Under the pieces are notes generated by a model. It was given only the letters and a program-made list of their open reading frames with translations. It did no database searches and had not been told where the DNA came from. A stretch of DNA of 64,000 nt. It comes from a virus. This document shows positions 1-9,465 of this stretch, in pieces (positions within the stretch are counted from its first letter, which is position 1; every line of letters begins with the position of its first letter). Where the stretch lies: IMG/VR virus record IMGVR_UViG_3300031918_000005, positions 1 through 64,000 of that record; one strand, given 5' to 3'. The translations under genes and the position numbers were made by a program.

Positions 1-2
1 AC

Positions 3-3000
3 AAGGAAGATATATCAAATAAAGTCACAACTATAACAGAAGATAATAAAGATTCAGAAGTACTATACACATCAGTTAAATCTGTTGATGAAAGAATAAC
101 TGAAAGAATAACAACAAAAGCTGATTTGATAAGTGGTATAATTCCTTCATCACAATTACCATCTTATGTTGATGACATAGTCGAAGGAACGTATGTTAAT
201 GCAACAACATTTATTGGCGAATTGGGTATATTAACCTTAGAATCTGGTAAGATTTATGTAGACATAACTAATATGTCAGTAAATCATCAATACACACAAT
301 ACAGATGGTCAGGTACTGCTTTATCACCTGTAACAAATACAATAGGATTCGCTACACAGGCTGAAGCTGAAACTGCTAGCACTACTGAAAATACCAAAAT
401 AGCAACATTGCTAAGGGTAAGCCAAGCATTTAAGTACTGGATAACAAATCTAAATATTACAACACTGACTACTAATGCTAAAACTATAATAGGGTCTATC
501 AATGAATTATTTTCTGCTTTGACTACACATATAAATAAAAAGGACAACCCCCATGATACAACGTTGGCGCAAGTAACTAATCTACCAATAACTATAGAAC
601 AAGGTGGTACTGGAAGTACCACGAAGACATGGGAAGACAAAATCAAAACAACTACTATAATTTATGTAGACTCAAATCGTGAAGATTCTTATACGGAGGA
701 TGGCACAATTAACCGTCCATATAAGAAATTGTCTACTGCAATAACCGCAAATGATAGTTCTCCAGTTACAATTATACTTGCAACTGGAACTTATACTGAA
801 ATATCAGTAATCTCTTTTCCTGATTACCCAATACATATAATAGGGAATGGTTCTACAATTTCAATGGATGGCTATTCATTGGATATTCAAAACGGAACAT
901 CCTCATTATATAACTTAGTTATAAATGGAAATCTGAATTATATGTATTTTGAAATTGGTAGTAGGCATCTGCTTGTTAATACTACAGTCACAGGAATTCT
1001 AACAACAGTATCAATCGTAGATGCTGTTAATAGTAAATTTAATAACAGCCATGTCAATATAATGGATAATGGTCAATTATTTTTACACGAATGCACCGCA
1101 ACATCGTATTTTATTCAAACAGGGTCTGGACTTCTTGACATTAGAGGTTCTGATATTGAAGTGGATTACGCCAGTTACGCAGTTTTATCAACTGGAGGCT
1201 GTTTAAAAGTTCAATCATCCACGATTATTAATACAAATTCTACTGGTGGATGTATAAGCTGCAATAACGGATCCAACACTTCCACCCCAAATAATATAGT
1301 TGATAACGTGTTAACAACCTTAGGCACAGGATATGGGCTATTGTCTGGAACCGCTGTAACCGTTTACTCTAAAAATAATATCAGCACAACAAATCATATA
1401 AGTGGAACCGCCTTAGTTGCAGTGAATACAGACCTGATTGGAATCAACACAATTATGCAATTAGGAGATGATGCAGCAGGTGACGTATACTACAGGGGGC
1501 TTGCCGGACAATTATCGAGATTGCCAATCGGAGATACTGGACAGTCGTTAAAAGTATCCTCTTCCGGATTACCGGAATATCAAACGGATAGTTCGGAGGC
1601 GAATGCAAAATTGGCAATGTTTAATCCTGCTACTGTTGTAGATGTTATGAACCTACAAGCAGGAGAAAAACAACGTATCCCACAAATATTTATAACTAAG
1701 ACAGGTCGAATTTTTTCTATATGCAGTTCAAATTCGTCCGAAGTTACAAATCATGGGTCGAAATTGATTAGCAAATATTCTGACAATGCAGGTAGAACTT
1801 GGAGTGCAAGACGAATTCTAATAACTCCAACGGAAACAGGAGAAACAGAAGCTCTTACTACTAATGCAGGAATTGTAAATGCATCTTTTTTAAGCCTTGA
1901 TGTAATTAATGCCACAGGTGAGATAGTTGGAGAAAAAATAGTAATATTTTACACGATAATAAATGATGACCGTGATTGGGAAGTTGTTACTTACACTAAT
2001 TATCTTTATGACTTTGGTTATATAATGTCAGAAGATGATGGCGAAACTTGGAGTTCTTTTACTTCAATAAAAAGTTTCTTCACTAATAATGAAACATTTG
2101 GTTCGTCAGTTGTATGTGTTTTTACAGGATTAAGTTCGGGTATAAAAATGAAAAACGGAGCGTATGTTATACCATTTCAAGTAAAACTATCAAACTCGAA
2201 TGAGACCCCTGAGTCAGGGGCTCCTTACAGCATTCAGTCATTATTGATGAGTACAAGTAACTTTTCCACATTTATTATCAGCGAATTAGTCCCTGCTTAC
2301 ACCAGTGAATGTGGAGTGTATGAGTGGAAGGAAGGTTATATAACTATAAATTGTAGAGGATATATGTCAGCAAGACGTGTATTTGAAATAAAAATTTACA
2401 AGGATGCTAATGGAGATTGGCATAGTGGTAGTTGGGCAGAACATGTTGGGGATAAAAAATTAATAGAGCCAACTGCTTGTAATGCAGCGGTATGTGTTTG
2501 CAACACAACAGATTCTCCTATAGTTCTTTTTGCAAATTGTAATACAGATTCGGCAACCCGAAAGAATATAACTTTAAAGGCTTCTAATAATAATGTAGAT
2601 TTTTCAGAGATAATTTCAAATCTTGAAAATTATTCAGCTCCATACGGCACCGCTTATTTAGGCTACCCATCGCTTTATTATAGAAATGGTGCGTTGGTAT
2701 GCACTATTGAAGTCCGTAATTTGGACAATAGTACAAGTATAAATTTCTTCAATCTAACGAGCCTACTGCCATTTTGCTACAGCATTCCTGCAAAGGAATA
2801 TCCGTGCATGTGTTTTTACGCTATGTCAACATCCGAAGAATCTGTAGAATTACTCCAAACTGATGGTAACAGATTACCAGATATTACCTCTCCTTATGCT
2901 ATTGCCTTAAACTGTATTTGTAAAGGAGATGCTATGGGTTCAATGGTCGTTGTCTCTATATTAGATCCAGATGGATCGAATATTTCAGTTGGATATATGA

Positions 3001-3167
3001 ATAGTAATGGTGATTTAGGAAACTTCCAACGTGACCTTACTGATTTAGGAAGCTCTGCTGGATTTTGGGTTGATTATTCAGAGCTTCCTATTAAAATCAT
3101 GCTCAAAGGAGTTAATGGAGAAACATTAAGGGCTAAAGCCCAAATAATAGATATAACAACTTTCTAA
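3..3167 (+). CDS. Tail fibre/tailspike with beta-helix-like middle region and C-terminal GH33 sialidase (BNR) domain; 5'-truncated by window edge
   Basis: The frame is open from position 3. Tail-fibre motifs: PSSQLPSYVDD, YRWSGT, TLTTNAKTIIGSINEL, HINKKDNPH, QGGTGST, GDVYYRG..RLPIG. Sialidase RIP motif (KQRIPQI) and Asp-boxes SDNAGRTW and SEDDGETW. Confidence 0.8.
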   Translation, partial: KEDISNKVTTITEDNKDSEVLYTSVKSVDERITERITTKADLISGIIPSSQLPSYVDDIVEGTYVNATTFIGELGILTLESGKIYVDITNMSVNHQYTQYRWSGTALSPVTNTIGFATQAEAETASTTENTKIATLLRVSQAFKYWITNLNITTLTTNAKTIIGSINELFSALTTHINKKDNPHDTTLAQVTNLPITIEQGGTGSTTKTWEDKIKTTTIIYVDSNREDSYTEDGTINRPYKKLSTAITANDSSPVTIILATGTYTEISVISFPDYPIHIIGNGSTISMDGYSLDIQNGTSSLYNLVINGNLNYMYFEIGSRHLLVNTTVTGILTTVSIVDAVNSKFNNSHVNIMDNGQLFLHECTATSYFIQTGSGLLDIRGSDIEVDYASYAVLSTGGCLKVQSSTIINTNSTGGCISCNNGSNTSTPNNIVDNVLTTLGTGYGLLSGTAVTVYSKNNISTTNHISGTALVAVNTDLIGINTIMQLGDDAAGDVYYRGLAGQLSRLPIGDTGQSLKVSSSGLPEYQTDSSEANAKLAMFNPATVVDVMNLQAGEKQRIPQIFITKTGRIFSICSSNSSEVTNHGSKLISKYSDNAGRTWSARRILITPTETGETEALTTNAGIVNASFLSLDVINATGEIVGEKIVIFYTIINDDRDWEVVTYTNYLYDFGYIMSEDDGETWSSFTSIKSFFTNNETFGSSVVCVFTGLSSGIKMKNGAYVIPFQVKLSNSNETPESGAPYSIQSLLMSTSNFSTFIISELVPAYTSECGVYEWKEGYITINCRGYMSARRVFEIKIYKDANGDWHSGSWAEHVGDKKLIEPTACNAAVCVCNTTDSPIVLFANCNTDSATRKNITLKASNNNVDFSEIISNLENYSAPYGTAYLGYPSLYYRNGALVCTIEVRNLDNSTSINFFNLTSLLPFCYSIPAKEYPCMCFYAMSTSEESVELLQTDGNRLPDITSPYAIALNCICKGDAMGSMVVVSILDPDGSNISVGYMNSNGDLGNFQRDLTDLGSSAGFWVDYSELPIKIMLKGVNGETLRAKAQIIDITTF

Positions 3168-3171
3168 AAAA

Positions 3172-3314
3172 ATGAAAGATGCAATACTCAAATACCAAAC
3201 CCTGGATAATCCAATTAATCAGGATGATACTTTGACATTTGAACAACAAATAATTGGCTGGCTAATTATGGTGCTACTCCAGGAAACTGGATTTTAGAAA
3301 CTATCACTGTTTAA
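3172..3314 (+). pseudogene. Small ORF after the tail fibre, apparently split by a 1-nt deletion
   Basis: MKDAILKYQTLDNPINQDDTLTFEQ continues more naturally as NNWLANYGATPGNWILETITV* in the -1 frame, ending just before the terminator. Confidence 0.35.
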
Positions 3315-3333
3315 ATTTAAATCTCTTATCTAT

Positions 3334-3364
3334 AAAAGGGTATAACATTATATTATACCCTTTT
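3334..3364 (+). terminator. Intrinsic terminator
   Basis: AAAAGGGTATAA-loop-TTATACCCTTTT followed by a T-rich tract, after the tail fibre locus. Confidence 0.75.
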
Positions 3365-3392
3365 GTTTTGTTTTATAATATTAAAAAATAAA

Positions 3393-3422
3393 TTGATTAC
3401 ACAATTTATTTTTTAATATAAA
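3393..3422 (+). promoter_or_regulatory. Candidate sigma70-like promoter TTGATT-N18-TATAAA
   Basis: The same architecture recurs at 4689, 12853, 23660 and 47083. Confidence 0.5.
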
Positions 3423-3452
3423 GTGCTAAACATCATTTTATAATATAAAAAT

Positions 3453-4421
3453 ATGACAAATCAAAACACATCTGAAGATGAGGCAAAAAATATCTTGCTT
3501 GGTGACGAAAAAACCACTGAAGATTTACAAAGTTTTAAATCTGGCGCAAAGGCAAAAGTTTTGGAAGATCTACAAACAGCACATGTCCCAATAAAAATTT
3601 CAGAATTACCTAGTAAAGGATTTTTCTATAATAAAAATATAGAAATCGGTGTACGCTCTTTAACCACGCCCGAAATAAAACTTTTTTCATCAATGGATGA
3701 AGAAAATTTCTTTGAAGTCGGTAAGGCATTTGCTAATGTATTGAATTCAGGATTACTCATATCTGAAGGTAGCAACAAACTTTCTTATCGTGATTTATCG
3801 GAATATGATAAGATATATTTAATTCTTATTGTTCGTGATCGAACTAAAAAATTCGATCAAAGAGAAAGCAATCTAACATCAAAATCAAAATGTCCGCATT
3901 GTAATGATGAAAACAACATTACAATAGAAAAACACACCCTTGGTTATTATAATATTTCTGATAAACTCATGAAATATTATAACGACAAAGAAAGATGTTT
4001 TATTTTTGATTCGGAAAAATTTGAATCATCTCTTAAGATATATATTCCAACCATGGGTACTACTGAAATTATTACAGAGTACATGAAAAAGAAAGAGATT
4101 GAAAAACAAGCTGGTGATGGCGGATATTATAACTCAACATATCTTAATATTGCGATGTATTCCACCCAAAATTGGAACTTACTTGGAAATGATGAACAAT
4201 TGGAAAGAACAACTGAAAACATTAAAAACAACTGGACTATAGATAAATATAATTTAGCTATCGAAGTGTGTGAAATGTTAAAAGTTGGGATAAAACCAAC
4301 AATCAAATATAATTGCAAGGGGTGTAGCAGGGAGGTATCTGCACCTATTCGATTTCAAGGATGGAGATATGCTTTCTCTTCTAACAATATCGTTGGAGAA
4401 TTTTTCAAAGATTCAGAATAG
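3453..4421 (+). CDS. T4 gp26-like baseplate hub assembly protein
   Basis: ELPSKGFFY motif, DKIYLILIVR, two CxxC pairs (CPHC, CKGC); followed by a gp51-like ORF. Confidence 0.65.
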   Translation: MTNQNTSEDEAKNILLGDEKTTEDLQSFKSGAKAKVLEDLQTAHVPIKISELPSKGFFYNKNIEIGVRSLTTPEIKLFSSMDEENFFEVGKAFANVLNSGLLISEGSNKLSYRDLSEYDKIYLILIVRDRTKKFDQRESNLTSKSKCPHCNDENNITIEKHTLGYYNISDKLMKYYNDKERCFIFDSEKFESSLKIYIPTMGTTEIITEYMKKKEIEKQAGDGGYYNSTYLNIAMYSTQNWNLLGNDEQLERTTENIKNNWTIDKYNLAIEVCEMLKVGIKPTIKYNCKGCSREVSAPIRFQGWRYAFSSNNIVGEFFKDSE

Positions 4422-4641
4422 CTTATTGATTAACAATGTATTATCTTATCATGACATTACATTACTTCCGTTTTCAGAATTGCTTGATGTATTCAAGGAA
4501 TGGCAAGAAAGGGAGAAATTGAAAGCTGAACAAGCGGAAAAAGATAGACAAGAACAAGAATCACAACAGGCAAATCAAGAAGGCAAATTTCAATCATTCA
4601 TGCCTAAAGGTATTGATTCTTTCGGTAAAGAAATTAATTAG
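4369..4641 (+). CDS. T4 gp51-like baseplate hub assembly catalyst / tail chaperone
   Basis: ISLENF..IQ..L...SY.DI..LPF.E pattern with a charged coiled-coil tail; overlaps the end of the gp26-like gene. Confidence 0.5.
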   Translation: MLSLLTISLENFSKIQNSLLINNVLSYHDITLLPFSELLDVFKEWQEREKLKAEQAEKDRQEQESQQANQEGKFQSFMPKGIDSFGKEIN

Positions 4642-4645
4642 CACT

Positions 4646-4688
4646 ATACAAATGTCGGGATTTCAAATTGAAATCCCGACATTTGTAT
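4646..4688. terminator. Perfect 20-bp inverted repeat (terminator or processing hairpin)
   Basis: ATACAAATGTCGGGATTTCA-AAT-TGAAATCCCGACATTTGTAT. Confidence 0.75.
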
Positions 4689-4718
4689 TTGATTATCTAA
4701 TAACAGCAATAATATAAA
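4689..4718 (+). promoter_or_regulatory. Candidate sigma70-like promoter TTGATT-N18-TATAAA
   Basis: Lies immediately after the hairpin and at the start of the accessory gene array. Confidence 0.5.
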
Positions 4719-4735
4719 ATATAAAACTTATAGCT

Positions 4736-5062
4736 ATGATTACAAATAACACTTTTTTGGATTGCTTGATTTCTGATATTGTGTGGAGAATAATGAAGCA
4801 TCATGATGATATCATATTTTGCGATTCAACTCCGAATATGATTAAAATATTTAATGATTGTATTATCGTTCTTAAATTCAAAAGACATATCCAAAAGGAA
4901 AGCTTTTCATTACTTTTTGATTCTGTTCTTTCTCATGGACTCTACAAATCGGAATTAAAAGCATATATTGAAGAAAAATACTGTGTTGAAATACCACAAA
5001 CGGTATTTAATGCTGAATTGATACAATCTGTAAATAATATTAAAAATCATTTAATATATTAA
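4736..5062 (+). CDS. Hypothetical protein
   Basis: ORF following a promoter, tightly packed with the next gene. Confidence 0.6.
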   Translation: MITNNTFLDCLISDIVWRIMKHHDDIIFCDSTPNMIKIFNDCIIVLKFKRHIQKESFSLLFDSVLSHGLYKSELKAYIEEKYCVEIPQTVFNAELIQSVNNIKNHLIY

Positions 5063-5064
5063 TT

Positions 5065-5847
5065 ATGGAATATAAATTAAATCATGAACTTCATAAAGGA
5101 AAAGATAAATCAGAAATTGACGCTTCATTTCCAAAAGATGATAATTTCCAAACATTAAAAAATGAGATTAATATGTTTAATTTATCAAAACAAACTGGAT
5201 TGATTAAAAATATTAAATCTTCTCATAATACAAATCAAAAATTGCTTGAAAATGGTGTTACAATTTATAGTAAAGGCAATTATAACCTAAATGATGTAAG
5301 TACTATTGATGTTTCCATATCTACAATTGCTACAAATTTATCCAAACTTTGTAGATATTCAGGTAATACATCAAAATTTTACTCCGTTGCTGAACATTCT
5401 ACTGCAATGAGTAAGGCACTTTTATTAAATTATGGCGATGTTAAACTTGCTATGGCTGGCTTACTTCATGATGGTTCTGAAGCATTTATAAATGATATTC
5501 TTTATACAGTAAAACAACAACTTGGTAAAGATTCTCCTTATATCATTATCGAAAAAGAAATCGAAAAGCACATCTATAAATTTTATGGTATCGAACAGTA
5601 TTTGGATAATCCTATTGTTAAGCATATTGATGTTCAGATTTGTAATATAGAACTTGAAATGTATTTATCAAATAAATTTGTAGGATATTCTAAATTCTTT
5701 AATTATAAGCCCGATTTTATTGAAAAACTTCCTGAAGATGCTGAAAAAGAATTTCTTACACAATTTTTTTTCTTAAAGTATTTGCTCGAAACATATGAAA
5801 ATAAAGAATGTTTGTGTGAGGTTGGAAGTCATAAACCGAAAGCTTAA
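5065..5847 (+). CDS. HD-domain phosphohydrolase (YfbR/YfdR-like 5'-deoxynucleotidase)
   Basis: LSKLCRYSG..YSVAEHS...LLHDGSEA..D motifs. Confidence 0.85.
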   Translation: MEYKLNHELHKGKDKSEIDASFPKDDNFQTLKNEINMFNLSKQTGLIKNIKSSHNTNQKLLENGVTIYSKGNYNLNDVSTIDVSISTIATNLSKLCRYSGNTSKFYSVAEHSTAMSKALLLNYGDVKLAMAGLLHDGSEAFINDILYTVKQQLGKDSPYIIIEKEIEKHIYKFYGIEQYLDNPIVKHIDVQICNIELEMYLSNKFVGYSKFFNYKPDFIEKLPEDAEKEFLTQFFFLKYLLETYENKECLCEVGSHKPKA

Positions 5848-5857
5848 TATGCCATTC

Positions 5858-5945
5858 TGTCATGTCATTAATATGTCAGTTTGTCAGTTTTAATATATCT
5901 ATAATTTGAACTGACATATTAATAACAAATTGGCACGATTTTTGT
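5858..5945 (+). promoter_or_regulatory. sigma54-type promoter copy 1 with upstream TGTCA cluster
   Basis: TTGGCACGATTTTTGT at 5930-5945; GAACTGACATA at 5908; TGTCA at 5858, 5863, 5874 and 5882. Confidence 0.7.
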
Positions 5946-5978
5946 AAATAATTTAGAAATAATTCTAAAATTACAATT

Positions 5979-6449
5979 ATGAAAAAAATTATCTTATTCT
6001 TAGTATTGTTACAAGTTTGTAACTTACAAGCACAACAAATGCATTTAGTTGTGAAATCTAATGGTACACAGTATGCAACACAGTTATCAAATGTTAGAAA
6101 AATTTCTTTCATTGGTGGTACTGTTACCGTTGTTAAAAAAGTTGGAACTCAAGAAACTTATTCACCAGTAAGTCTTGATAAGATGTTCTTTGAATTAAGA
6201 ACCGTAACATCGGTTACTACACCAACTAACATTGATTTTGTGATGTATCCTAATCCAGCTACTGATATTGTTTCAATACAATCAGTTCCTGAAAACACAC
6301 AAATTGATGTCTATAATATCAATGGTGTGAAAATGATATCATGTAAATCAACAGTTGATATAACTCAAATCAACATAAGCTCTCTTGGTTATGGGGTTTA
6401 TTTGGTTAAAATAGGAAATTATAAAACATTAAAATTACAAAAATCTTAA
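5979..6449 (+). CDS. Secreted protein with T9SS type A C-terminal sorting domain
   Basis: Sec signal peptide (MKKIILFLVLLQVCNLQA|Q); CTD motifs YPNPA.D, VYNING, INISSL..GVYLVK, K.LKL. Confidence 0.85.
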   Translation: MKKIILFLVLLQVCNLQAQQMHLVVKSNGTQYATQLSNVRKISFIGGTVTVVKKVGTQETYSPVSLDKMFFELRTVTSVTTPTNIDFVMYPNPATDIVSIQSVPENTQIDVYNINGVKMISCKSTVDITQINISSLGYGVYLVKIGNYKTLKLQKS

Positions 6450-6453
6450 AGCC

Positions 6454-7290
6454 ATGAAAAAGCTAATATTTTTAATCACATTATTAACTATAAGTATTTT
6501 ATCTTTCTCACAAGATAGCTTATATGTTTACAGAACTGGTGGTCGTATCGAAGCTAAAAGTGTAGCTTCTGTAGATAGTATCAAATTCAACCTAGCTAAA
6601 GACAGTTTACTTTTTTACAAACTTGGAGTAGCAACAGCTATGGAATTTGGATTTGTTGATAGTATTTCATTTATCAGAGTGAATACTGTTCAATCCACTG
6701 TTAAGGATAAAGGTGTTGTAATCAATGGTGTGTGTTGGGCAACTCGTAATGTTGCTTCTACTGGTACATTTGTTACAAATCCACAAGACTATGGTTATTT
6801 CTATATGTGGAACAAAAAAACTGGTATATCACAAACAAGTTCAACAGCAACTAATAGTATGTGGACTGGTGGGTACTCACCAGTAAATTACAATACAGAT
6901 ACTTGGACTGCAGCAAATGACCCTTCACCCACTGGTTGGCGTGCTCCTACAAAAGCAGAATTGAATAGCTTATGTTCTGGTACTAAAGTATCATATGAAT
7001 GGACTACACTTAATGGTGTATATGGTGCAAAGTTCACAGATAAAACAACACTTCAATCAATGTTTCTTCCAGCAGTTGGATATAAAGATGGAACATCAAT
7101 TTGTTTGCAAGGCTCTAGTGGTTATTATTGGTCGGGTAATGCAGGTACTGTCGAAGGAGATTGGAGTATAGGTGGAAATACAAGTACAAATGGAGGAACT
7201 AGGTTATGGTTTAAAAGTGGAATATCAACATATTCCATAGATGGTGATATGAGATATTATGCATTCAGTATCAGACCAGTTATACGATAA
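6454..7290 (+). CDS. Secreted FISUMP (Fibrobacter succinogenes major paralogous; C-type-lectin-like fold) domain protein
   Basis: Signal peptide ending FS|Q; INGVCWATRNV, YG.FY.W, DPSPTGWRAPT..E, FLPAVG, YYWS, FSIRPV. Confidence 0.85.
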   Translation: MKKLIFLITLLTISILSFSQDSLYVYRTGGRIEAKSVASVDSIKFNLAKDSLLFYKLGVATAMEFGFVDSISFIRVNTVQSTVKDKGVVINGVCWATRNVASTGTFVTNPQDYGYFYMWNKKTGISQTSSTATNSMWTGGYSPVNYNTDTWTAANDPSPTGWRAPTKAELNSLCSGTKVSYEWTTLNGVYGAKFTDKTTLQSMFLPAVGYKDGTSICLQGSSGYYWSGNAGTVEGDWSIGGNTSTNGGTRLWFKSGISTYSIDGDMRYYAFSIRPVIR

Positions 7291-7318
7291 AATTTATTAA
7301 AAAGACAAGATAATTTAT

Positions 7319-7732
7319 ATGGAGAATTTGGTAGGAAGTAAAGAAAGTGATAAATTTATTCAAAAAGAGTTTGAAAAGGCTAAAATACCATTTGAAAAAG
7401 TTGATAATCCAAGTGGTGAATGCCAATATACTTTGGTTGGAAAATTGAATGGTTGGATTTTTACAAGAGCTTGGTATTATTGGTGTGCTTCTACAGAAGG
7501 TGAAGGTATTCCTTTGGAAACTGCTTTGGAAATGCACAATAAAAAATATCCTGATGAAATGTTTGATCATTATCATGAATATAGAATTTATGGCAATTCT
7601 ATAAGAGTTGAAGGTCATTGCGGATGTCCTTCTCCTGATGAATATTGTAAAGGACAAAGTTCTGTAACATTATATCACATAGATACACAAGAAGGGCTTA
7701 ATGAATTTGTACGTGTAATTAAAAAATTATGA
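7319..7732 (+). CDS. Hypothetical phage protein
   Basis: ORF in the co-directional array (GWIFTRAWYYW). Confidence 0.65.
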   Translation: MENLVGSKESDKFIQKEFEKAKIPFEKVDNPSGECQYTLVGKLNGWIFTRAWYYWCASTEGEGIPLETALEMHNKKYPDEMFDHYHEYRIYGNSIRVEGHCGCPSPDEYCKGQSSVTLYHIDTQEGLNEFVRVIKKL

Positions 7733-7739
7733 TATTTAA

Positions 7740-8108
7740 ATGAATATCAATCAAGAAGAATTTAGAAAGATACTTGATATAACTGCTAGAAAAAATAAAA
7801 CATCGTTTACATCAAATGATGTCGATACAATAATCAAAGCACTAAATCAAATCAAACCCGATGAGTATATTTATGAATTTCTATATTGTAATTGTATTCA
7901 TGAAAGTGCTTATGCTACTGTTAGTTTACATCACACACAAAAAGGTGCTGAAATGGCTTTGGAATTTCATAAAAATGAAAGATTTAAGGAATGGGAAGAT
8001 TTTAATAAAAAATGTTTAGAATCAGATCCAGAATTCTATTCCAAGTTTCCAAATAAATTTGCAGAATATGAAGGGTGGTATATTCAACAGACAAAAATCT
8101 TGGAGTGA
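7740..8108 (+). CDS. Hypothetical protein
   Basis: ORF in array. Confidence 0.6.
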   Translation: MNINQEEFRKILDITARKNKTSFTSNDVDTIIKALNQIKPDEYIYEFLYCNCIHESAYATVSLHHTQKGAEMALEFHKNERFKEWEDFNKKCLESDPEFYSKFPNKFAEYEGWYIQQTKILE

Positions 8109-8209
8109 ATTTTTATAAATGTAAACCTTTCAATACCACGAAATATATCAGAATGCAAGGAAGATATATCGTCTGCAGTCGTGTAATACTTTAAAAAACA
8201 GATAACATC

Positions 8210-8533
8210 ATGAAAATGGATATTAAAAAAGTCGGTAATTTCTTAAAAAATTTGGAAGAAAGTGAATATCAATATATGCTCCATAGCATCAATATGAGAA
8301 ATTCATTACAAAGACTTATTAGAGATTTCAATCTTACAAAAGAAGATGTTTGTAAAAAATTCGAAATCAAACCAGCCCAATATAATGACTTCGTTAAAGG
8401 TAATAGAAATTATACCATAAGTGATATGGCAATACTCAATGCATATTACATGGAACTTGAAGCTGAAAAATTAAAAGAAACAGCACCTTTCCAAATAGCT
8501 GGCGATATCAAGGCTGAAGATAAAAAATCATAG
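8210..8533 (+). CDS. Putative XRE-type HTH protein
   Basis: LTKEDVCKKFEIKPAQYNDFVKGNRNYTISDMAIL resembles an HTH. Confidence 0.55.
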   Translation: MKMDIKKVGNFLKNLEESEYQYMLHSINMRNSLQRLIRDFNLTKEDVCKKFEIKPAQYNDFVKGNRNYTISDMAILNAYYMELEAEKLKETAPFQIAGDIKAEDKKS

Positions 8534-8836
8534 ATGTACAGAATGAACAGATTCAATCACAAATTGCTTCTTTTAATTTACAAAAATTGTTCAATTAGAT
8601 TAAAAAGAAGCACATCTGCTGAACATGAATATATATTCAAAAAAGATGATGAAATTTATTTGGAAATTCTTATATCGGATGATGGTAAAGAATGGCGTTA
8701 TGTTAATACAAATCAACCATCATTAAGCAGAATATTCACAACAACAGTGCCTATAACATCTTTGGAAGATTTTGAAAACGATTTGAAAAGAATGTGTATA
8801 GAAATACCCGAAAAGATTGAAGCACTCAAAAAATAA
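8534..8836 (+). CDS. Hypothetical protein
   Basis: ORF in array. Confidence 0.55.
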   Translation: MYRMNRFNHKLLLLIYKNCSIRLKRSTSAEHEYIFKKDDEIYLEILISDDGKEWRYVNTNQPSLSRIFTTTVPITSLEDFENDLKRMCIEIPEKIEALKK

Positions 8837-8889
8837 AAAAACACAAGGAAAATACCTCTCGTTAATTCTCGTAATACTTTTGAAAATAT

Positions 8890-9087
8890 ATGACCTTAAA
8901 TGATAATTCAATTTTACCTATAGGAACTCATAAAGGTAAAACACTTGATAAAGTTCCCGACCACTGGTTTGTATGGTTTTGGGGTGAAAACAAAACTGCA
9001 TATCTTGCTGGTGAACTCAAAGGTAATAATCTTGATATTATGGATTATATTAACGATAATCTTGATGTTTTAAAAATAAAATTATAA
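8890..9087 (+). CDS. Small DUF3820 / exonuclease X C-terminal-like protein
   Basis: LPIGTHKGKTLDKVP..W..W matches the (M/L)PFGKHKG...VP..YL.W pattern. Confidence 0.6.
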   Translation: MTLNDNSILPIGTHKGKTLDKVPDHWFVWFWGENKTAYLAGELKGNNLDIMDYINDNLDVLKIKL

Positions 9088-9089
9088 TT

Positions 9090-9449
9090 ATGGTTAATAA
9101 AGATGCTGATATGGTAAGTAAAGCAAATAGAGTTCCTAAGGCAAATGTTGATAACCCCATATTTGGACTTGAAAAAGTTCCCGACAAAATGATTATAAAA
9201 CAACTTCGTGTTGAACTTGGTCAAGCTAATACTTTCATACAAGAGCAAGCTGTAACAATTGTTGATTTGAAATCACAACTTCATTCAGTATCTCAAATAT
9301 CAGAACCTGATGTTTTTTATGATGTTGACAAACTTGTTGGTGTTCCAAATGATGTCCGTTATAATAAGCTCAAACTTAATATGGGGAATCAGATTAAGGC
9401 ACTTGAAAAGAAATGTAAAAAATTAGAAGAACGATATCTTAAATCATAA
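9090..9449 (+). CDS. Hypothetical coiled-coil protein
   Basis: ORF in array. Confidence 0.55.
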   Translation: MVNKDADMVSKANRVPKANVDNPIFGLEKVPDKMIIKQLRVELGQANTFIQEQAVTIVDLKSQLHSVSQISEPDVFYDVDKLVGVPNDVRYNKLKLNMGNQIKALEKKCKKLEERYLKS

Positions 9450-9465
9450 CTTAAAGACAAACAAA

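Noticed and set aside
5065-5847. Calling a Z-genome (DatZ) system
   Set aside because: No purZ or mazZ in the window; HD family membership alone is insufficient.
7100-7290. Diversity-generating retroelement targeting the FISUMP C-terminus
   Set aside because: The fold is a typical DGR target, but no template repeat or reverse transcriptase is seen in this window; it could lie elsewhere in the genome.
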